This document shows positions 1-8,565 of a stretch of 64,000 nt of DNA, one piece after another. Within the stretch, counting starts at the first letter, position 1. Each line of letters opens with the position of its first letter. The position numbers were made by a program, and so were the translations under genes. Under the pieces are notes generated by a model that was given only the letters and a program-made list of their open reading frames with translations, ran no database searches and was not told where the DNA came from. This DNA is from Verrucomicrobiota bacterium (GTDB taxonomy: Bacteria > Verrucomicrobiota > Verrucomicrobiia > Limisphaerales > AAA164-E04). Where the stretch lies: assembly GCA_023257935.1 (NCBI GenBank), contig JALRAZ010000454.1, positions 3,214 to 67,213 on the forward strand, written 5' to 3'.

Positions 1-240
1 TTCGTTGGGAGGGATCCTAGAGGCAGTCTCCTGCAACTGTTGGCGGGTTCTCTTGCGCTTGAGCCAGTAGGTCCAGAGACCGTAAATCAGGGCCACCAAG
101 ATCAGACCTACCAGCAACCACATCACGTAATCCCAGGGGGAAAAGATGTCCAAAGGAGGTCGGATATCATGCAAGGACGATGGCACCGCCGAATCTTCGG
201 GGGCGTCGGGAAGGATAAGCGCTGGAGCATTGGTGGTCAT
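1..240 (-). CDS. DUF4381-like small membrane protein, N-terminal part only (gene runs off the left edge)
   Basis: Absent from the ORF track because it has no stop inside the window. The reverse-strand ATG at 240-238 overlaps the DUF58 stop (ATGA at 237-240), and the frame is open to position 1. My translation is MTTNAPALILPDAPEDSAVPSSLHDIRPPLDIFSPWDYVMWLLVGLILVALIYGLWTYWLKRKRTRQQLQE: a short tail, one TM helix and a K/R anchor. This is the layout of the third gene of MoxR-DUF58-DUF4381 (Bat-type) operons. Confidence 0.6.
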   Translation of the reverse strand, partial: MTTNAPALILPDAPEDSAVPSSLHDIRPPLDIFSPWDYVMWLLVGLILVALIYGLWTYWLKRKRTRQQLQETASRIPPNE

Positions 241-1193
241 CCCCGGGATCTCCTTTTTTCCCGAGTTTCAAAAAAACGTGCCAACGCCAAATCGTAGGGC
301 TGGTCTGTGATCAGCTGAATTGCATCAATACCCACAGAACGAAAAATCCTCCCCAACTCATGCTGGGCTTTTTTCTGCTTGCTAGCAAAGGCGGCCCGTT
401 TGCGAGGATCGCCAGTGTCGACCTCAACCACCTGTCCGGTTTCAGCATCTTTCAGGACCACCCTGCCAATTGCGGGTAGATGCATCTCGAATTGATCGCT
501 TACCTGAACAGCGACCACGTCGTGACGTCTATGAGCCTGCCTGAGTGCGGTGATTGAAGCATACTTGAGCACATCTGAAAGCACCGCTTCCCTGAGCAGG
601 TGTGCCTGCATTTCCTGGCGCGTTGGGGCAGATTGGCCAATAAAATCGGAAATGATCACGGCAATCGCTCGATGATTGGTCACCCTTCCTAAGAATTGGA
701 GTGCCTGATTGATGTCCGTGCCCCGACTCTGGGGTTGAAAATAAAGGATGTCGCGGATGACCCTGAGCACATGAAATCTTCCCTTCCGGGGTGGGATGTA
801 TTTTTCCACTTCGTCGGTAAAGAGTATCAGCCCGACTTTGTCGTTATTGCGAATCGCAGCGAAAGCCAACACCGAGGCGATTTCGGCAGCCAGTTCGCGC
901 TTGGACTGTTCACCTGATCCAAAGAGCCCTGACCCACTGAGGTCAACCACCAGCATCAAGGTTAGCTCCCGCTCTTCCACAAACTGCTTAATGAAGGGAT
1001 GATGCATCCTGGCGGTCACATTCCAGTCGATGGCCCTGACATCATCACCGGGCTGATATTCCCTCACCTCATCAAAATGCATCCCCTGCCCCTTGAAGAC
1101 GCTGTGGTATTTACCCGCGGTCGATTCACTGACCAGCCGCTTGGTGCGCAGTTCAATCTGTCGGATTTTTTTGAGAATCTCCTTTGGGATCAT
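237..1193 (-). CDS. DUF58 (vWA-like) protein, MoxR partner
   Basis: 318-aa ORF with ATG at 1193. Carries the DUF58 signature stretch YQPGDDVRAIDWNVTAR followed by LMLVVDLSGSG (MIDAS-like). Lies directly downstream of a MoxR ATPase. Confidence 0.9.
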   Translation of the reverse strand: MIPKEILKKIRQIELRTKRLVSESTAGKYHSVFKGQGMHFDEVREYQPGDDVRAIDWNVTARMHHPFIKQFVEERELTLMLVVDLSGSGLFGSGEQSKRELAAEIASVLAFAAIRNNDKVGLILFTDEVEKYIPPRKGRFHVLRVIRDILYFQPQSRGTDINQALQFLGRVTNHRAIAVIISDFIGQSAPTRQEMQAHLLREAVLSDVLKYASITALRQAHRRHDVVAVQVSDQFEMHLPAIGRVVLKDAETGQVVEVDTGDPRKRAAFASKQKKAQHELGRIFRSVGIDAIQLITDQPYDLALARFFETREKRRSRG

Positions 1194-1253
1194 GAGTCAT
1201 GAGTGCCTTGAACCAATTGGGGCATCACACCAGAGAGGGTGGGATCAATCACC

Positions 1254-2243
1254 TCAAGGCACAGGCAGGGCATCGAAAATTGCCTGAACCACTGATTCGC
1301 TAGTCTGTTCTTCGGCTTCAGCCTCAAAGGTAATGCTGACGCGATGCCTGAGCACATCAAGACCGATGCTCTTGACATCCTGAGGCGTGACATAGCCTCG
1401 ACCCCTAAGGAATGCATGGGCCTTGGCAGCCAAGGTCAGAGCAATGGTTGCTCGAGGCGAAGCACCCAGCTGGATCATTTCTCCGAGCTGGATCTGATAG
1501 GATTCTGGATTTCGGGTCGCACAAACCAAATCCACGATGTAATCCTTCACTTTCTCATCAACATAAACCTCGTTGATGATCGATCGAGCTTTGATGATTT
1601 GCTCAGTATCTACGGCCGGAGCGGCCTGAGGAGGATGCCCCGTTCTAGCCATTAGATCCAGAATTTGACGTTCCTCATCCCGGGAAGGGTAATCAATCCT
1701 GAGTTTGAGCATAAAGCGATCCACCTGAGCTTCTGGTAAGGGGTAGGTACCTTCCTGCTCGACCGGGTTCTGGGTCGCCAGCACCAGGAAGGGGCTCGGT
1801 AAGCTATAAGTCTTGTCACCGATGGTTACCTGGCGTTCCTGCATGGCCTCAAGTAAGGCACTTTGCACCTTGGCAGGAGCGCGATTGATTTCATCAGCCA
1901 GAACGATGTTGGCGAAAACCGGTCCTTGGCGGGTGGTAAATTCCCCTGATTGAGGGTTGTAAATCTGGGTGCCCACCACATCGGCTGGGAGCATGTCAGG
2001 CGTGAATTGGATTCTTGAAAACCCAATGTGCATGGCGTTGGCCAGTGCTTTGACCGAGGTCGTCTTGGCCAATCCAGGAACACCTTCCAGGAGCACATGC
2101 CCATCGGCAAGGAGCCCCACAATCAATCTTTCTACGAGATACCTCTGGCCAATCACCACTTTGTTAATCTCACTCAACAGTGGCTGAATGAAAGAACTGG
2201 CCTCCTTGACGGCTTCATTGATGGCGGTAATACCTGCATTCAT
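1254..2243 (-). CDS. MoxR-family AAA+ ATPase
   Basis: 329-aa ORF. Walker A is GVPGLAKT and Walker B is IVLADEINRA. It also carries the MoxR-typical FSRIQFTPDMLPADVVG stretch and has the typical length. Confidence 0.92.
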   Translation of the reverse strand: MNAGITAINEAVKEASSFIQPLLSEINKVVIGQRYLVERLIVGLLADGHVLLEGVPGLAKTTSVKALANAMHIGFSRIQFTPDMLPADVVGTQIYNPQSGEFTTRQGPVFANIVLADEINRAPAKVQSALLEAMQERQVTIGDKTYSLPSPFLVLATQNPVEQEGTYPLPEAQVDRFMLKLRIDYPSRDEERQILDLMARTGHPPQAAPAVDTEQIIKARSIINEVYVDEKVKDYIVDLVCATRNPESYQIQLGEMIQLGASPRATIALTLAAKAHAFLRGRGYVTPQDVKSIGLDVLRHRVSITFEAEAEEQTSESVVQAIFDALPVP

Positions 2244-2320
2244 ATCATATCAAACAAAAACTGGGTGAATCATTGCCCTTTTTGGGGCCTAACGCAACTG
2301 GTAGTCGACCAACCTGTCGC

Positions 2321-3127
2321 TCAAGGCTGCCCGGGGGACGGCATTTGTGCCCTCGCCTCAGGAACCCACCGCTGCAATTGCTCTATCCTGTCTCGATCCA
2401 ATGGGTGGGTTCGGAGAAACCAGGGGGTTGAAGCCCCGCCAGCAGCCTGGTTGGCTTGAGAAAATCGCTCCCAAAAAGCCACCGCAGCCTGAGGATCGTA
2501 GCCGGCTCGAGCCATGAATAGCAGCCCCATGTAATCCGCCTCGCTCTCTTGAGATCGGCTATGGGGCAAAACCCGGCCCAGTTGGGTGGTCATGCCATAA
2601 ACCGTGGCTGCTGCAGCCTGGGTCTTGGTATCGTAGCCGTAGGCTTCAAGCCCCGCCTGCAAGGCACCCCCCCCAAGCTGTAACATCATTGCTTCGGAGA
2701 CACGTTCGGCCCCATGCCGGGCCACCGCATGAGCCACTTCATGCCCAAGCACTGTGGCCAGGCCTGACTCATCAACCGTGATGGGCAGGATCCCAGTGAA
2801 AACCCCAACTTTGCCACCAGGCAGGCAAAAAGCATTGGCCTCCGGGCTGTCAAAAAGCACAAATTCCCATTGGGTTTGCCCCAAGCCGCTGACCGCAGCA
2901 ATCTGCCGACCGACCTTTTCTACCATGGCCTGCTGGGCCGCATCCTGGCTTATGGGGACACTGGATTTCATGGTTTCAAACGAACTGAAACCCAGTTGCT
3001 TTTCCTGCTGAGCCGACAGGAGGATGATTTGCCGTCTACCTGTTTCGGGGACAGTGCTGCAGGCTACCAGCAAAAGAAGGGGTAAAGCCGATATCAAGTG
3101 AGTGAGGGTAATAGATCGAAAACGCAT
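2321..3127 (-). CDS. M48-family zinc metallopeptidase, predicted lipoprotein
   Basis: HEVAHAVARH (HExxH) with a downstream ESEADYMG glutamate. The signal ends in LLLLVAC-S (lipobox). ATG is at 3127; the track start at 3133 is GTG and would overlap the upstream stop as GTGA. Confidence 0.88.
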   Translation of the reverse strand: MRFRSITLTHLISALPLLLLVACSTVPETGRRQIILLSAQQEKQLGFSSFETMKSSVPISQDAAQQAMVEKVGRQIAAVSGLGQTQWEFVLFDSPEANAFCLPGGKVGVFTGILPITVDESGLATVLGHEVAHAVARHGAERVSEAMMLQLGGGALQAGLEAYGYDTKTQAAAATVYGMTTQLGRVLPHSRSQESEADYMGLLFMARAGYDPQAAVAFWERFSQANQAAGGASTPWFLRTHPLDRDRIEQLQRWVPEARAQMPSPGQP

Positions 3128-3129
3128 TT

Positions 3130-3879
3130 TCACAGATTGAGCTCCATATCACGTGTGTAGTGAAGGATTCTGCCACAGTTCGGACACTGCACCACTTCCT
3201 TCTGGGCCTTGCAGGCGACCTGGGATTGGGTTGGGAGAGACATGTGACAGCCCCCGCAGACACCCCGATTGACCCCCACGACCACTTTGCCGCGTTTCTT
3301 CTTCAACAGGCGCTCATAACGATCCAGCAATCCAGGTTCAACCTTTTCGGATAATTGGGCACGGTCAATCTTGAGACCATCAAGGTCTCGGAGGTGACGC
3401 GAAGCTCGCTCCTCCAGCTCTGCTATCAAAGTCTGGGTTCGAGCGGATGCCTCCTGGGCTGCCTGAGCCGCCAGTGCCACCTCACCTTGCTGCAACTCGG
3501 CCTGCTCCATGAGGTTCAATTCCTTATCCTCCAGAAGGAGGATATCCCCTTTGCAGGTTTCTATTTCCTTGGCTAGAGCTTGATATTCCTCATTTTTGCG
3601 GGTTTCAAGCTGCTGAGAGGCATATTTTTCGATTTGTTTCTGCTTGCTCTCCACTTCAAGCTCCAAATCCTTGCGTTGGGACTCCAAATGTTGCGCTTGC
3701 TTCCGAGCATCGGTCAATGCCTGCTGGGCGGTCTCCGATCGAGTCATCAGGGCCGCTTTTTCGGGTTCCACCCTGGACAACTCCTCTTCCATCCGGATGA
3801 TTTTTTGATCTCGATCCTGCAAGATCAGCAATTGCTCAATGATGTCCATAGAAATCGTTCCAAGTTGTAGGAGAACCAT
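3130..3879 (-). CDS. Coiled-coil protein with C-terminal C4 zinc ribbon (COG1579 / DUF164-like)
   Basis: About 190 aa of E/K/Q/L-rich heptad-like sequence are followed by CGGC ... CPNC. This architecture matches the DUF164 zinc-ribbon family. An alternative ATG at 3849 gives MDIIEQLL. Confidence 0.8.
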   Translation of the reverse strand: MVLLQLGTISMDIIEQLLILQDRDQKIIRMEEELSRVEPEKAALMTRSETAQQALTDARKQAQHLESQRKDLELEVESKQKQIEKYASQQLETRKNEEYQALAKEIETCKGDILLLEDKELNLMEQAELQQGEVALAAQAAQEASARTQTLIAELEERASRHLRDLDGLKIDRAQLSEKVEPGLLDRYERLLKKKRGKVVVGVNRGVCGGCHMSLPTQSQVACKAQKEVVQCPNCGRILHYTRDMELNL

Positions 3880-4008
3880 AGAAAAACCACTGAGGTCAAG
3901 TCAATGCGGTTACCTTACCGATTCCAAAACTCCCAAGACCAAATGTCTTGGGCATCAGGCATGTTACCCAGTTGAAACCTCCTACCCGTTGGGCTAAGAT
4001 TCTTCCCG

Positions 4009-4293
4009 ATGCAGTGGCGTGTAGAGGACTTCCAGCAAGAGATGGATCGTGCCATCAGGGCATATGACAAGTATGTGGTTTGCCTGAACAAAACCCCTGA
4101 TCAATGCATGCGATCAATCCAATCCCTGATGGCAAAAGCCATCGGTGCCTTCGAAAGTCGTGGAGCTGATCTTAGGCATGGGATTGCTTTGGACCGTCAT
4201 GTCACCATTATGCTAAGCCAAACTGAGCAAGGGCGACCTCGCTGTGGCATTTATTTCAATCTGAGCTCACCTTATCAAAAAGAAGAGGAATGA
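4009..4293 (+). CDS. Hypothetical 94-aa protein
   Basis: ATG-initiated ORF with no recognisable motif. It is kept because discarding it would leave a roughly 440-bp non-coding gap in an otherwise tightly packed region. It is convergent with the FHA gene. Confidence 0.45.
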   Translation: MQWRVEDFQQEMDRAIRAYDKYVVCLNKTPDQCMRSIQSLMAKAIGAFESRGADLRHGIALDRHVTIMLSQTEQGRPRCGIYFNLSSPYQKEEE

Positions 4294-4322
4294 TCGGATA
4301 AAGAAGCCCGAAAACAGGGTCC

Positions 4323-4964
4323 TCAGTCCTTGGCTTCTCTCTCCCCTGATTCACCCGAGGCCTTCCTGCTTTCTCTCCAGCGCTGCCAGGAAGCCCATGC
4401 CTGATTCACCCGTTCTGGGATCATCCCAGTCAGGGCCTCTTGATGGGTCATGGAGAGCCCGGACCAGTCGATCAAAGAGCAGGTTTGACCACAATCTGGA
4501 CAAATGGGTGCCTCACCGGAAGAAGGCGTGCAGCGTTGACAAGAAAGTCCAGAACAAGCCGAGCACTCGTAGAGGGCACGATCCTGGTGATGACGTAAAC
4601 AGCTGTAGCTGCCGTCCGGGAGTGGGTGACTCACCCGATCCGGTTCGAGGGTGACTGGGGGCGCTGAATCACTGCCAGTGATCTTGATCATGAATGAACC
4701 CAGGCTGAGTGTTTGGCCGGGTGTGACTTGGGCTTGGTCGATAGCCTCTCCATCAAGGAAAGTTCCATTGGAACTTTGCGAATCCTGCAGCAAGACCTTG
4801 CCGTCTTGTCCGATAGACAGGGTGCAATGGTGCGAGGCAACGGATAGATCGTCTATCACTAACTCATTCGCCGAACCGCTGCCGATGCGATGCACCCCCG
4901 GACCAAGGGATACAGTGCATCGCCGATCATCCCAAGTATGATAGCAAAGTTGAATCACACTCAT
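4323..4964 (-). CDS. FHA-domain protein with C-terminal Cys/His-rich (B-box-like) zinc module
   Basis: FHA core: VHRIGSGSANELVIDDLSVASHHCTLSIGQDGKVLLQDSQSSNGTFLDGEAI. C-terminal part: CLRHH-x8-CSAC-x4-CQRC-x10-CPDC-x3-C. I prefer the ATG at 4964, because the 5066 start in the track would overlap the divergent TSUP gene. Confidence 0.85.
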   Translation of the reverse strand: MSVIQLCYHTWDDRRCTVSLGPGVHRIGSGSANELVIDDLSVASHHCTLSIGQDGKVLLQDSQSSNGTFLDGEAIDQAQVTPGQTLSLGSFMIKITGSDSAPPVTLEPDRVSHPLPDGSYSCLRHHQDRALYECSACSGLSCQRCTPSSGEAPICPDCGQTCSLIDWSGLSMTHQEALTGMIPERVNQAWASWQRWRESRKASGESGEREAKD

Positions 4965-5052
4965 GAGCCACCATGTTGTAGCAAGCAACCGAGGATGAAT
5001 CCATGAAAATGATTGAGAAACATATCGAAATGAACTAAGAAGGAGGCACTTG

Positions 5053-5409
5053 ATGCAGTTCATCATCTACAGCCTCATCGGCGTCATCAGCGGCATCACT
5101 GGCGGGTTGTTTGGGGTTGGCGGGGGGATCATCATTGTGCCGGCTCTAACCTATTTCATGGGACTGCCCATCAAGACCGCCATCGGGACTTCCCTAGCCA
5201 TCATCGTCCCTACTGCCATCATGGGATCAGCCAAGCACTTGCAGCAGGGGAATGTTGATTGGAAGATCGTCCTGGCAGTCGTTCCTCTGGCTATCGTGGG
5301 TAGCTACCTTGGAGCCTGGATGACACAGCATATTAAACCTGCCCACCTGCAGAAAGGTTTCGCCGTCCTCATGATTTATGTGGGTATCCGACTTTTCATG
5401 AAACCGTGA
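5053..5409 (+). CDS. Half-size TSUP (TauE/SafE) family membrane transporter
   Basis: AGGAGG at 5041-5046 precedes the ATG at 5053. About 118 aa with four predicted TM segments. GGLFGVGGGIIIVPAL and IGTSLA are typical TSUP repeat-unit motifs. Confidence 0.8.
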   Translation: MQFIIYSLIGVISGITGGLFGVGGGIIIVPALTYFMGLPIKTAIGTSLAIIVPTAIMGSAKHLQQGNVDWKIVLAVVPLAIVGSYLGAWMTQHIKPAHLQKGFAVLMIYVGIRLFMKP

Positions 5410-5456
5410 GAAACCCACCTCATCAATCGACTCTGAAATATCCATTGAAATAACCT

Positions 5457-7334
5457 ATGCATAAGTTCCTTAATCAATCCTTTGGCAGACTGCTTGTTCT
5501 TTTACTGCTGCATGGCCCACTGCTCCAATTCATCCACGGGGCGGCGCTCCCAGCCTCAGAATCGTTACTGCCTGCCTCAACGTGGGCCTTTGTCACATCA
5601 CCCAACACCCAGGCTACGAAGCAAGCCCTGACACGGGGCGTGGCCGAACTGTGGCATGATCCTGCCATGCAACCATTTCGCGACCATGCCGAGAAGATCA
5701 TCATGGAGCGCTACCTGGGACCGTGGGAAAAGCGCATTGGCTTTAATCTCAAAGAACTCGTGGGATTGGTCGAAGGACAAACCACTCTGGCACTGGTTCC
5801 TGCTCCAGGAGAGGAGCTGAGGATCAATCCCGTTATCCTTGTAGACAGCGGTAGCCAATCAGAAGCTCTTGGCAAATTATTCGAGCAGCTGAGACAACAG
5901 CTCTCCAATGAGGGAACCAAGATGGTCATGACCCCTATGGAGGAGGAAACACTCTATAGTTTGGACCTTGGCTTCGCCGCTCCGTTCACCGGTGAGGCGA
6001 GTGACTCGGGGAATCTCCAACTCCACCTCATGCAGGCCGAATCAATTTTCCTGGCCACCACATCCAAAGCACTCCTGGCGGACCTGATACGAAATATCCA
6101 CCAGGGCACCTTTGATAAAAACCCTCTTGGCTCCCTACCTGCGTATCAGTCATTGGCCACAGAGCATCTCAACCCAATGTTAATCAAAGGCTGGGTAAAC
6201 TGGACCCCTCTATTCGATTCAATCGCCAACCAACTCACTCGCAGTACACCTGCTCCAGATCCCTCGAATCCGATGGCTGCATTGATTCCAACTCCATCTA
6301 GTATACTCAAAGCGCTTAAGTTGGAAGTTATCAAGGGTTTCGCTTTCGGAGCTTTTTCAAATCAAGCTCATACAGGACTCGACATGATGATTCAAACCTC
6401 CAATCCCAATGGAGGGCTACTAGACCTCGTGAAGATCAAACCAGCCGATAGCGCTCCACCAACCTTTGTTTCGGGCGATGTGGCCAGCTTTCAACGCATC
6501 CGCCTGGACCTGCGCCAAGCGTGGACGACATTAGAAGGCATGTTGGAGAGCATTTCCCCTCAAGCTTCGGAAATGCTGCGGCTGTCGATGACTTTTCTAG
6601 GAAAAGACCGTGATCCCAATTTCGATTTTCGCAGTGAGTTCATCAACAATTTGGGAGATGACATCATCACTGTTCAGTGGCCTCCAAAATCCACTTCCAT
6701 GGAAGATTTGCTATCCCAGCCAGATCTCTATTTGGTTGGCAGCCCTAACCCAGAAGCCCTGACCAAAGCTTTCATCGCTGCCAGCGGCCTCATTGCTTCG
6801 GATGCAGGGGCCTTCAAGGAAAGGTCATTTCTTGGTCGCAAGATTTACTCGATCACCCTTCCATCCGGTCAGACGGACATAAAAACGGGCGAAGGCATGG
6901 GCCTGCATTTTGCCGCAGCGGGTCGCTATGTAGCTTTTTCAAGCCATTTTGAGATGATTGAGACCTACCTGAGAGGGAAGCGTTCCCCCGACCTTCCTCT
7001 CGCCGAATCAGCTCATTTCAAGGAGGCGTCCCAAGCAGTCGGAGGCTTGAAGAACGGCTACCTTGCCTATCAAAATCAGGAGACCCTCATTCGACTCTTC
7101 TATCAACAGGCTCGTCAGGATCCTGCCTCACTCTTCAAAAACTGGGGGGTAACAGCTGAGTCGGAAGCTTTTACCGAGGCGCTTCTTGAGGTTTTTGACT
7201 TCACCAAGCTTCCCGCTTACGAGGCCATTGAACCTTACATGACCTTCACGCTGACCGGTAATGTATCCCAGGAGGGTGTGCTCAAGCTTAGGACCATCAA
7301 CCCACTACCATCCGCGCTGAAGGCTACGAATTAA
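5457..7334 (+). CDS. Hypothetical secreted protein (625 aa)
   Basis: ATG at 5457. The N-terminal signal-like segment is GRLLVLLLLHGPLLQFIHGAA. I recognise no catalytic or repeat motif. It lies 47 nt downstream of the TSUP gene on the same strand. Confidence 0.75.
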   Translation: MHKFLNQSFGRLLVLLLLHGPLLQFIHGAALPASESLLPASTWAFVTSPNTQATKQALTRGVAELWHDPAMQPFRDHAEKIIMERYLGPWEKRIGFNLKELVGLVEGQTTLALVPAPGEELRINPVILVDSGSQSEALGKLFEQLRQQLSNEGTKMVMTPMEEETLYSLDLGFAAPFTGEASDSGNLQLHLMQAESIFLATTSKALLADLIRNIHQGTFDKNPLGSLPAYQSLATEHLNPMLIKGWVNWTPLFDSIANQLTRSTPAPDPSNPMAALIPTPSSILKALKLEVIKGFAFGAFSNQAHTGLDMMIQTSNPNGGLLDLVKIKPADSAPPTFVSGDVASFQRIRLDLRQAWTTLEGMLESISPQASEMLRLSMTFLGKDRDPNFDFRSEFINNLGDDIITVQWPPKSTSMEDLLSQPDLYLVGSPNPEALTKAFIAASGLIASDAGAFKERSFLGRKIYSITLPSGQTDIKTGEGMGLHFAAAGRYVAFSSHFEMIETYLRGKRSPDLPLAESAHFKEASQAVGGLKNGYLAYQNQETLIRLFYQQARQDPASLFKNWGVTAESEAFTEALLEVFDFTKLPAYEAIEPYMTFTLTGNVSQEGVLKLRTINPLPSALKATN

Positions 7335-7568
7335 AGTAAGCCTTCCTGATTCACCAGATCCAGCCACATCACCCTGAGATTGGTCATGATTCCTGTTATT
7401 GGGCCCCATCATGGCATGCAGCCGAATGTCGCGATTCGGACTTGATTCAATGGCCCAAAAGTTTGTTGGGGATGAAATTTCAAAAGTCGTCAAATTCGCC
7501 CAGACGGCCAAGTGAATAGGGTTGAAAGCGCCCTCGGACCATGAAATGATCCCCATGAACAAACGATC

Positions 7569-8285
7569 ATGAACAAAGTAAATCTCATCACATTGCGAGT
7601 AGGCCTCCTTGTTATGCTTCTGGGTTGTTTTGCCTGGCAGCCGTCTAATCAAGCGCAGGATACAAAAGTCAACCGGTTAACCAAAAGCGAGCGGGAAGAT
7701 GGATGGAAACTTTTATTCAATGGGAAAAACCTCAATCGATGGCGCAATTACAAAAAAGAAAGCCTAGGTGATGGTTGGCAAATTAAGGACGACGCTATCG
7801 TTTGGGTCAAGCAAGGTGCTGGCGATATCGTCACCAAAAAACAATACGACAGTTTTGAACTCATCCTTGAGTATAAAATTTCCAAGGGTGGCAATAGCGG
7901 TTTGATGTATCACGTTCTCGAAACAGAGAGCGCACCATGGCAAACCGGACCAGAAATCCAGATCCAAGACAATGTCGATGGCCACGATCCCCAGAAGGCA
8001 GGGTGGTTGTATCAGCTCTACCCAGCCAGCAGTGATGCCACCAAGCCTGTTGGTGAGTGGAACCAGCTGCGTGTCTTAATCACTCCAGAACGCTGTGAGC
8101 AATACATGAACGGAGTCAAATATTGCGAGTATGTCAAAGGCAGTGAGGATTGGAATAAGCAGGTAGAAAAGAGTAAATTCAAAGTTTACAAGGATTTTGG
8201 CAAGCCAACCAAAGGCCACATTTGCCTGCAAGACCATGGGAACGAGGTGGCATTCCGCAACATCAAGATTCGCGAAATCAAGTAA
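7569..8285 (+). CDS. DUF1080 (3-keto-disaccharide hydrolase-like, concanavalin-like fold) secreted protein
   Basis: Has a signal peptide. Family hallmarks are FNGKNLNRWRNY, GDIVTKKQYDSFELILEYK, GGNSGLMYH, GPEIQIQDN and GHICLQDHGNEVAFRNIKIREI. Confidence 0.9.
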   Translation: MNKVNLITLRVGLLVMLLGCFAWQPSNQAQDTKVNRLTKSEREDGWKLLFNGKNLNRWRNYKKESLGDGWQIKDDAIVWVKQGAGDIVTKKQYDSFELILEYKISKGGNSGLMYHVLETESAPWQTGPEIQIQDNVDGHDPQKAGWLYQLYPASSDATKPVGEWNQLRVLITPERCEQYMNGVKYCEYVKGSEDWNKQVEKSKFKVYKDFGKPTKGHICLQDHGNEVAFRNIKIREIK

Positions 8286-8309
8286 CTCACATCCAGCTCG
8301 GTAATAAGA

Positions 8310-8350
8310 CAAAGGGCGGCTCTCCGACAAGGAGAACCGTCCTTTGCATT
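8310..8350 (+). terminator. Rho-independent terminator candidate after the first DUF1080 gene
   Basis: The stem aaagggcggctctcc (8310-8324) pairs with ggagaaccgtccttt (8330-8344) across the loop gacaa. There is one G-U pair and one mismatch. The sequence gcatttc follows. Confidence 0.55.
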
Positions 8351-8565
8351 TCAGGAGGAGCATGCAGCAAGATGGCGCCAACACCGCTGCCCTGCAACAC
8401 GGTCCAAAGCTGTGCAATAAGCTTCAGGACATGTTCCTCGCCTTCAGATGACCAGAGGCTGAGTGCTTGGTTTACCCGAAACGACCCAGCTTATCGCGGA
8501 GGCTTGAGATTGCTGTGTCCTATTTTCCACTTGCAGATGAAGGCGGTCAGCAGCCAACCTTGGTC

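Noticed and set aside
40-297. 85-aa plus-strand ORF at the left edge.
   Set aside because: It has a TTG start and is antisense to the coupled DUF58/DUF4381 genes, which explain the region better.
3932-3952. Hairpin cccaagac-caaat-gtcttggg in the divergent region between the zinc-ribbon gene and ORF 4009.
   Set aside because: There is no T-run on the plus strand. On the minus strand it is not positioned after any gene end, so it is not a convincing terminator. It could be a minor leader structure.
7305-7652. 115-aa minus-strand ORF spanning the 234-bp gap after the 625-aa gene. ORFs at 8076-8417 and 8222-8581 lie similarly in the next gap.
   Set aside because: They overlap the ends or starts of well-supported genes, have no motifs and show odd composition. 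The gaps are more simply promoter and leader regions. The long leader before the esterase gene is noted in the findings.
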